Shown: piece after piece, positions 57,872-64,000 of the stretch
How positions within the stretch are numbered: the first letter of the stretch is position 1
Layout of the letters: every line of letters begins with the position of its first letter
Origin: an uncultured Bdellovibrionales bacterium
GTDB taxonomy: Bacteria > Patescibacteriota > Minisyncoccia > Moranbacterales > UBA1568
DNA length: 64,000 nucleotides
NCBI GenBank assembly: GCA_964594215.1
Contig: CAZQLN010000005.1
Coordinates: 2,475-66,474 of the forward strand
Direction: 5' to 3'
Position numbers and translations under genes: made by a program
The notes under the pieces: generated by a model
What the model was told of the DNA's origin: nothing
The model's database searches: none
Seen by the model: only the letters and a program-made list of their open reading frames with translations

Positions 57872-57966
57872 AACTACCGCCTTTCTGTCAGGACTTTCAT
57901 ACCATAATGATAATGGTATCTCCAATAATCACTGACACCCGTAATCTAGCAAATCTATATATATTG

Positions 57967-58311
57967 TCAACGAAAACGTGTATAAGATAGTAGATAATCA
58001 CTAATTAAAGCCAAGATAGACCAGTAGATAAGAAGATAAATACCAATAAATGGTGGTGGTGGATCTTCTTGCAAAAAATGAATCTGCGGTAGAGCTATGG
58101 GTCCTATCAAAATAATCTTGATAGGTAGTAGTATTGTGGACAGAGTACTCTTCCAGACTATAGGCGAGTCACTACCAGTTCTGAGGACAGAGTCGGGAGA
58201 TTTAGGGAAGCCTCGAAGACCTGTTGATCCCAAAAGTGAGGTGGTGATAAAAAGAAAGGTAAATCCAAAAACAATGAAGAGGCTAAGGAATTTCATTCTT
58301 GAAACATTCAT
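57967..58311 (-). CDS. Hypothetical membrane protein
   Basis: Three hydrophobic segments, DPPPPF motif. Confidence 0.6.
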   Translation of the reverse strand: MNVSRMKFLSLFIVFGFTFLFITTSLLGSTGLRGFPKSPDSVLRTGSDSPIVWKSTLSTILLPIKIILIGPIALPQIHFLQEDPPPPFIGIYLLIYWSILALISDYLLSYTRFR

Positions 58312-58476
58312 AAAATCAGTATATCAAGTTTGAACTTTGTACAACACACTCTGCCCAATTTAGAAAACAGCGTTCGAGGTTGCTTATCTTATATCGAAAC
58401 CCCTAGATACGCTTCTATATGTTTTCCTGACACAGGAAGATTTGATATAATGACACTACACATAAGATACATAGGT

Positions 58477-58953
58477 ATGACCCCAAAGAATACAATTTGC
58501 CTCTGGTTCGAAAAGGATGCAGAGGCCGCAGCTAACTTTTACGCTGCCACTTTCCCAGAAAGCTCTGTAACAGCTATTTTTCACGCACCGAGCGATTTTC
58601 CAGACGGTAAGCAAGGTGACGTGCTTACAGTATTGTTTACTGTCTGTGGAATTCCTTGTATCGGTCTGAATGGCGGTCCTGTATTTAAGCAAAGTGAAGC
58701 ATTTTCCTTTCAGATTGCGACTGAGGACCAAGAAGAAACGGATCGTTATTGGGATGCAATCGTCGGAAATGGCGGTGAGGAAAGTGAGTGCGGTTGGTGC
58801 AAAGACCGCTGGGGAGTATCATGGCAAATCACACCTCGCACACTAACAGAAGCCCTTGCAACCGGAGGCGCTGAAGCAAAGCGCGCTTTTGACGCTATGA
58901 TGACCATGAAAAAAATTGATGTCGCCGCTATTGATGCGGCGCGGCGCGGCTAA
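58477..58953 (+). CDS. VOC/PhnB-like protein (3-demethylubiquinone-9 3-methyltransferase family)
   Basis: CLWF...AEAAANFY, LNGGP, DQEETDRYW, CGWCKDRWGVSWQITP; start at ATG 58477. Confidence 0.92.
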   Translation: MTPKNTICLWFEKDAEAAANFYAATFPESSVTAIFHAPSDFPDGKQGDVLTVLFTVCGIPCIGLNGGPVFKQSEAFSFQIATEDQEETDRYWDAIVGNGGEESECGWCKDRWGVSWQITPRTLTEALATGGAEAKRAFDAMMTMKKIDVAAIDAARRG

Positions 58954-58987
58954 GACCACCCACCAACTCAAGCTTTATCAGAATCTA

Positions 58988-59017
58988 AAAAAGAGGCCTC
59001 TATAGAGGCCTCTTTTT
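58988..59017. terminator. Bidirectional terminator (perfect 30-bp palindrome)
   Basis: AAAAAGAGGCCTCTATAGAGGCCTCTTTTT between convergent genes. Confidence 0.8.
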
Positions 59018-59080
59018 CAATGTTCCGCTTATTGAAAAAGGCTAGAATACTCTAACATCTTACGTACACCCTTATCACTC

Positions 59081-59455
59081 TTACATACCTACCTCTACAG
59101 TAAAACCTGCAGACGTAAAGCGCTTCATATCAAAAGGCATCTTCATATCTTTATCGCTGTATTTTTTTCCAAAATAATCCATCACTTTTTTATTCACTTC
59201 GTCTCGATGTTTTTTAGACTTATAGGTAATGAAGGAAAACCAGACCGTTTCTCCCGGCTTTGCCTGAATCATTTTTGGAAAAGTTAAACTTACAAATTCA
59301 TTTGGCTTTTCAACATCTAAGACGCACTCTTTGTAATCCAGGGCGCCAAATTTTTTCCAAGCAGCCCTGCCTTCTTTAGCCATTTTTATATAGGCCTGCT
59401 TGTTCTTCTTAGGAATAGCAATGACAAAACCATCAACATAGTTTCCTTTAGGCAT
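59081..59455 (-). CDS. DUF1428 family protein
   Basis: YVDGFVIAIP, GALDYKEC, ETVWFSFITYKSKKHRD.VN.KVM, MPFDMKR. Confidence 0.9.
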   Translation of the reverse strand: MPKGNYVDGFVIAIPKKNKQAYIKMAKEGRAAWKKFGALDYKECVLDVEKPNEFVSLTFPKMIQAKPGETVWFSFITYKSKKHRDEVNKKVMDYFGKKYSDKDMKMPFDMKRFTSAGFTVEVGM

Positions 59456-59504
59456 ACATTTATAGGTTTAATAATTACACAACTATTATAGCATTCCTAA
59501 AATC

Positions 59505-59532
59505 AAAAACACCTCCACTAAGAAGGTGTTTT
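59505..59532 (-). terminator. Host terminator just outside the left junction of the element
   Basis: AAAAACACCT/AGGTGTTTTT stem, 8 nt from the junction at 59541. Confidence 0.7.
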
Positions 59533-59731
59533 TAGTTTATGCTCCCGAATTAAAACCTTCGCAAACTTTTGAAATCATTTTGCCAAATCTGATACACAAA
59601 TCCAAAAAGCGAAATCTGACATAACCGCCTCGCTTCGCTCGGCGGAACGCTCGGGCGTGGCGGAATTCCTCCCCCCAACCCCCTCCTTCCGCCACGCCCT
59701 CGCTTGGGCTTCGCAAAAATTTTTCGGCGGC

Positions 59732-60322
59732 TTATAATACTGATTCAATTTCGGACTTTATCTTTTCAAAAATCTTAAAATGTCCTTGTGTGTTTGGATG
59801 AAGTCCGTCAATAAGATCGTCGTTTCCAGTGACGCTTTCCATTGGGATAAATTTCAGCTTTTCTTTCTCGCAAAACTTCTTTATGGCACTATCAAGTCGT
59901 TTGATGTTTTCGTTGAAATAAGACTTATCGGGTTTCCACGGGCAAGGAGTAGTTTTTGATTCGTCTACTTTTGTTAAGCCAACGAATACAACCTTATCTG
60001 TAAATTTTCTGGCAATAGAGAGAAGTTTTGCGAGATTTTGCTGAAATTCATCAAGCGAAACGCGCAAGCCATTTGTAGAGTGAATAAATTGAGCGTCATT
60101 GATTCCAATAGCAAAAATTATCAAATTTGGCTCGCGCGATTTCGCTTCCACCTCAATTCGTTCGAGCAAGTCGGCTGTGATGTCTCCGGAAACTCCAAGA
60201 TTGTAAACGTCAATATCATTATCTTGTTTTTCAAAATAATTTCGCAAGCGCGTTGCCCAGCCGCCTTGCTCTGGATCGTATGCGCCCCAAGTTATACTGT
60301 CGCCAAAAATTAAGATATTCAT
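59732..60322 (-). CDS. SGNH/GDSL hydrolase
   Basis: FGDSITWG, NLGVSG, GIND, DGLHPN. Confidence 0.92.
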   Translation of the reverse strand: MNILIFGDSITWGAYDPEQGGWATRLRNYFEKQDNDIDVYNLGVSGDITADLLERIEVEAKSREPNLIIFAIGINDAQFIHSTNGLRVSLDEFQQNLAKLLSIARKFTDKVVFVGLTKVDESKTTPCPWKPDKSYFNENIKRLDSAIKKFCEKEKLKFIPMESVTGNDDLIDGLHPNTQGHFKIFEKIKSEIESVL

Positions 60323-60325
60323 AAT

Positions 60326-60943
60326 TTATTTTATCTTTCCCCTTAAATAATCAGCTATTGTATCAATATATTTAGAAACTTCAGTAGAAAAAGCATCTTG
60401 TTCAGTTTCAGAACTTTGATCATAGATAATGTCATGTATAGCCATTAAATCTTTTGTGCGCATTTCTGGCGCGCTAAAATTTTGATTCAGATTGATATTT
60501 AACTCACGAACTTTTTTGTTTAAAGGTTTTGTTAAGTCTACAATTTCATGCCCCCATAGTGCTTCTGCTGTAAGCAAGTATGATTCTGCTTCGGTATATG
60601 CATCAGTAATTTTTTGCCAACGCATTTCGTAAACATAAGCATGTTCGTTTTTCTTCACTTCCTCGTCAGACTTTTCTGGATTTCTTTCTTTAATGAATTT
60701 TACTGCTCGTTGGCTTTCAGATGGCCAAATAGCTGGATTGCGAACATGCTTTATTGCCTCTCGTAATTTGAGCATTGCAAAGTGTAAATTATGAGCCGCT
60801 TCAAACTCTTTCGACCCCTTAATTTGTTTTTTCCAAGTAGCCAAACCAAACCCAGCAATTATCAAGCCCGCAAGCGTAAATAAAGCCGTGAGTACATCTT
60901 TCGTTATTAAATACCAATCTTGATTTGTTAAAGTAATTTCCAT
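60326..60943 (-). CDS. Hypothetical protein with N-terminal TM (element cargo)
   Basis: TM followed by GLATWKKQ and a helical domain; operonic spacing. Confidence 0.75.
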   Translation of the reverse strand: MEITLTNQDWYLITKDVLTALFTLAGLIIAGFGLATWKKQIKGSKEFEAAHNLHFAMLKLREAIKHVRNPAIWPSESQRAVKFIKERNPEKSDEEVKKNEHAYVYEMRWQKITDAYTEAESYLLTAEALWGHEIVDLTKPLNKKVRELNINLNQNFSAPEMRTKDLMAIHDIIYDQSSETEQDAFSTEVSKYIDTIADYLRGKIK

Positions 60944-60950
60944 TTTTGAA

Positions 60951-61331
60951 TTATTTTAATAAATCATCCATTGATTTACCTTTTTCTTTTAGCGTTTCTT
61001 CAAGCTGCTTTCCAGCGGCTTCTATTTCCTCGTCATTAGCTTTTCTTACAACTTTTTCTATACCAAAGAGTTTGATAAAAATTTTGTCAAAAATATATGT
61101 GATTACAAACCAAGTAATTATTCCGTAGACAAATGAAAGAAAAAAGTTTATTTCAAAAAATTTCCAATATACAAAGATACTTACAATGGCAACTAAGAAA
61201 TAAATTATTGTAGTCGCTTTACCTACGGACGATTTATTAAAAAGTTCGCGTGTCGTTCGCTTCAACTCCATTTCACGAAGCATTTTTGCTTCTGGAAATT
61301 TTTTATCAAATTTTTCTTTCATTGATTCCAT
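60951..61331 (-). CDS. Hypothetical 2-TM protein (element cargo)
   Basis: Two hydrophobic helices; operonic spacing. Confidence 0.7.
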   Translation of the reverse strand: MESMKEKFDKKFPEAKMLREMELKRTTRELFNKSSVGKATTIIYFLVAIVSIFVYWKFFEINFFLSFVYGIITWFVITYIFDKIFIKLFGIEKVVRKANDEEIEAAGKQLEETLKEKGKSMDDLLK

Positions 61332-61336
61332 AATTT

Positions 61337-61999
61337 TTAGAGCCCAAGATCGCTCATTTTTTTATCAATAATAGCCGACCCTTTCGATTCCCGCGGAAAC
61401 GAACCGTCTGCGTTAAAGAAAGTAACTTCTTTGGTTGGATGATTTGCTTTTTTAGGAAACAATGAAGCAATTTTCTCAATATTTGTGAATGGTTCGGTTT
61501 CTATCTCTTTTCCTTCGAGTTCAGCGGTGTGAGCATCTGTCGAAGATAACGACTTTGTGTTTGGTTTTTTCTTTAAAAGATCTCCTACTTCTGTAGCGGC
61601 AATTTGCCAATAAGTACAAAGTGCTATTTCGTGTTCAGCCGTTGTTCCTTCGTGATATTTTTCAAGGTGTTCCAATAATTCTTTAGAGCAATCCCATAGA
61701 TTGTCATATTTCAAGGAACCTTCCGAGTAATCAATCTTCGTTGATTCGCCCAACATAAGATAGAACATCAGTTTTAAAAGGTGTCCAGGATTCTTGGCAT
61801 GCAAGGCAAAAACTTCAAGCCAGTTTCCCTCAAGTTTTCCATATAAGTGAGGGTAATCCTTGCATTCCTCTTTTTTCTTTGCTTCCCATTCAGCATCAAA
61901 TTTATCAGAAGCTTCTTGATCTATTACATTTTGCTTTTGGCGGTAAATTTTATAAAGAATGAAAGCGATTATTATAAGAATGATGTAAAGAAAAGTCAT
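61337..61999 (-). CDS. Hypothetical protein with N-terminal TM (element cargo)
   Basis: 220-aa ORF, N-terminal anchor; operonic spacing. Confidence 0.75.
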   Translation of the reverse strand: MTFLYIILIIIAFILYKIYRQKQNVIDQEASDKFDAEWEAKKKEECKDYPHLYGKLEGNWLEVFALHAKNPGHLLKLMFYLMLGESTKIDYSEGSLKYDNLWDCSKELLEHLEKYHEGTTAEHEIALCTYWQIAATEVGDLLKKKPNTKSLSSTDAHTAELEGKEIETEPFTNIEKIASLFPKKANHPTKEVTFFNADGSFPRESKGSAIIDKKMSDLGL

Positions 62000-62012
62000 A
62001 TTTTTATAAAAA

Positions 62013-62210
62013 TTATTTTAATAATTCCTCTATAGAAACGCCTAACGACTTGGCAATTTTTTGGATTGTCTGAACGCTTGGTTTGGTAACGACACCACCC
62101 TCAATTTTGGTAAAGGTAGAGTATTTTATATTGGCTTTTTTCGCCAAGTCATCCTGCGTCAATCCTTGTTTTGTTCGTATTCGTTTTATATTTTGTGATA
62201 TTGTTGCCAT
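62013..62210 (-). CDS. XRE-family HTH regulator heading the cargo operon
   Basis: MATISQNIKRIRTKQGLTQDDLAKKANIKYSTFTKIEGG..KPSVQTIQKIAKSLGVSIEELL; start at ATG 62210. Confidence 0.9.
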   Translation of the reverse strand: MATISQNIKRIRTKQGLTQDDLAKKANIKYSTFTKIEGGVVTKPSVQTIQKIAKSLGVSIEELLK

Positions 62211-62556
62211 AGTATCCAAAGTTTGATAGTATAGAGTTATGAGACAATTCTTTCTTTGCTCACAAATTAAGGATAGCACTATTTTGGGATTTTTTCAATT
62301 CGTAGCCGCCGAAAAATTTTTGCGAAGCCCAAGCGAGGGCGTGGCGGAAGGAGGGGGTTGGGGGGAGGAATTCCGCCACGCCCGAGCGTTCCGCCGAGCG
62401 AAGCGAGGCGGTTATGTCAGATTTCGCTTTTTGGATTTGTGTATCAGATTTGGCAAAATGATTTCAAAAGTTTGCGAAGGTTTTAATTCGGGAGCCATAA
62501 AATTAGATACGAACTCATTTTTTGAAGATGAGAGTGTTCGCTCGCCCAGCCCCGCC

Positions 62557-64000
62557 ATAAGCGGGGCTGGGCTTCGCTCCGCGAGGGCAACGCCCTCGCT
62601 TTGGCGGGAAATCAAGCGGATTTTAATGCTTTCGGGGGAATTCAATTTTTTCTTTTTAACAATTAACAATGCAAAACTATGAATATGAAAAATTGCGCCA
62701 TTTATACAAGAGTTTCAACTGATAACCAAGCAGAAAAAGAATTTTCATCTTGTGAAGCGCAAGAACAGAAAATCCGGTCGTTTATCGCTAGTCAAAATGA
62801 TTGGTTAGTTTTCAAAGTTTATAACGACGCGGGATTTTCGGGCGCAATTTTACAACGCCCCGCTTTGCAGGATTTACTTGCCGATTTGAAAAAAGAAAAA
62901 ATTGATGTGGTTTTGGTCTACAAAATTGATCGGCTCACTCGTTCGCCGAAGGATTTTTACCAACTGATTGAATTTTTTGAGCAAGCAAAAATTGATTTTA
63001 TTTCCATTACGGAAAGATTTGACACCTCAACGCCCGCCGGCCGTTTGCTTCGCAATATCATGCTTACTTTTTCACAATTTGAGCGAGAACTAACAAGCGA
63101 AAGGACAAAAGATAAAATGTTGGAACGCGCAAAAAAGGGGCTTGCAAACGGCGGGCTAACACCTTACGGCTATATGCGCCAAGATAAGAAACTTATCCCA
63201 CACCCGAAGGAATCGGAGGAAATAAAATCAATTTTTGAAACTTATATTGAAACTGGCTCAACCGCTAAAACCTATCAAATGTTGAAAGATAAAGGAGTCA
63301 AAAATAAGTTAGGCAAAAATTTCTCCAAAACAAATATCAGCCATATTTTGCGAAATGTTATCTACATAGGCAAGGTTTTGCACAACGGCGAAATTTATCA
63401 GGGAATCCATGAGCCGATAATTTCGGAAGAAATTTTTGCCCTTGCTCAAAAAATCCATAAGGAAAAGCAGAAAAATTTTAGAGTGTACAAAAATTTTCTT
63501 TTTGGCGGACTTATAAAATGTGAAGAGTGCGGTTCAAATATGACTTCTTGTTTTACCAATAAATATATTGGTGGAAAATTAAACCGCTATTATTACTATC
63601 GTTGCACCGCCACGATGAAGCAAGATTGGCAGGCGTGTTCGGTAAAACAAGTGTCCGCCGAACGAATAGAAAATTTTTGTTTGGAAAATTTAGAGCGAAT
63701 TTCTGTTGATAAAAACTATATTGAAAATCTTGTTTTTCGTTTGAATAATGACGAACAAGCAGGGCACCGCGCTGGATACGAACTAACAGACCGATGCTCT
63801 AAATTTTCCGCCGAAAACCTTTCGGACACTCTAAAATTTTTCCTCAATGGACTCAAAACCACCAAAGGAATTGAAAGAAATCTTTTTGCCAAAAAGTTTC
63901 TTTCAAACATTTTTTATTCCCCCGAAAGCATTAAAATCCGCTTCATTTCCCGCCAAAGCGAGGGCGTTGCCCTCGCGGAGCGAAGCCCAGCCCCGCTTAT
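62557..64000. repeat. Inverted repeat of at least 85 bp (62557-62641 / 63916-64000) flanking the recombinase
   Basis: Reverse-complement match with one mismatch (62613 vs 63944); right copy is cut by the window edge. Confidence 0.93.
62679..64000 (+). CDS. Large serine recombinase (resolvase + recombinase + Zn-ribbon domains), truncated by window edge
   Basis: Hand translation is open to the edge: MNMKNCAIYTRVST, DAGFSG...RPAL, KIDRLTRS, FSQFERELTSERT, PYGY, HEPIISEE, GLIKCEECG, YYYYRC...C. Not in ORF track. Confidence 0.96.
   Translation, partial: MNMKNCAIYTRVSTDNQAEKEFSSCEAQEQKIRSFIASQNDWLVFKVYNDAGFSGAILQRPALQDLLADLKKEKIDVVLVYKIDRLTRSPKDFYQLIEFFEQAKIDFISITERFDTSTPAGRLLRNIMLTFSQFERELTSERTKDKMLERAKKGLANGGLTPYGYMRQDKKLIPHPKESEEIKSIFETYIETGSTAKTYQMLKDKGVKNKLGKNFSKTNISHILRNVIYIGKVLHNGEIYQGIHEPIISEEIFALAQKIHKEKQKNFRVYKNFLFGGLIKCEECGSNMTSCFTNKYIGGKLNRYYYYRCTATMKQDWQACSVKQVSAERIENFCLENLERISVDKNYIENLVFRLNNDEQAGHRAGYELTDRCSKFSAENLSDTLKFFLNGLKTTKGIERNLFAKKFLSNIFYSPESIKIRFISRQSEGVALAERSPAPL

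Larger units (their letters stand above)
59541..62495. repeat. 192-bp inverted repeat (59541-59732 / 62304-62495) flanking the cargo
   Basis: Base-by-base reverse-complement match, no mismatch seen. Confidence 0.95.
59541..64000. mobile_element. Integrated serine-recombinase element (continues beyond right edge)
   Basis: Left end begins with the displaced 3' end of the recombinase gene (GCTCCCGAATTA... = APELKPSQ...NLT*); AT-rich cargo, long inverted repeats, large serine recombinase at right. Confidence 0.85.

Noticed and set aside
59541-62495. IS element or composite transposon with terminal inverted repeats
   Set aside because: No DDE or HUH transposase lies between the arms, no target duplication is evident, and the arms derive from the recombinase 3' end.
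62412-62669. 85-aa minus-strand ORF as an independent gene
   Set aside because: It is the inverted copy of the recombinase 3' end with a weak start; treated as part of the att-like repeat.
62239-62682. 147-aa plus-strand ORF
   Set aside because: It runs through the GC-rich inverted repeat and has no protein-like features.
1-64000. CRISPR array, rRNA, tRNA and the many short antisense or nested ORFs
   Set aside because: No regularly spaced repeat-spacer array or recognisable stable-RNA gene was seen by eye; nested ORFs are shadows of well-supported genes.

Overview
Gene-dense, moderately AT-rich bacterial chromosome segment. Gene content suggests a CPR/Patescibacteria (Parcubacteria, Moranbacteria-like) genome; this is inference only. 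Left to right it holds: 2-oxoacid:ferredoxin oxidoreductase, xseBA (XseA carries an HRDC domain), redox/envelope genes, ABC, P1B and RND transporters, an XRE-regulated thioredoxin/DipZ operon, a 7-gene surface-glycan locus led by a 1567-aa GT2-synthase-flippase-GT4 fusion, a PBP, a sortase with a 1989-aa apparent polyprotein substrate, cell-wall hydrolases, SET, SWIB and alternative-oxidase genes. From 59541 to the right edge lies an integrated element with a large serine recombinase that the ORF track missed. This element is the most unusual feature: it carries an intact inverted internal copy of its own attP-like site (which is also the recombinase 3' end), so the cargo and the recombinase are each flanked by long inverted repeats. 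The second highlight is a conserved promoter-proximal AACGGGTG...CCCGTTTT leader hairpin upstream of three unrelated genes. No rRNA, tRNA or CRISPR array was seen.
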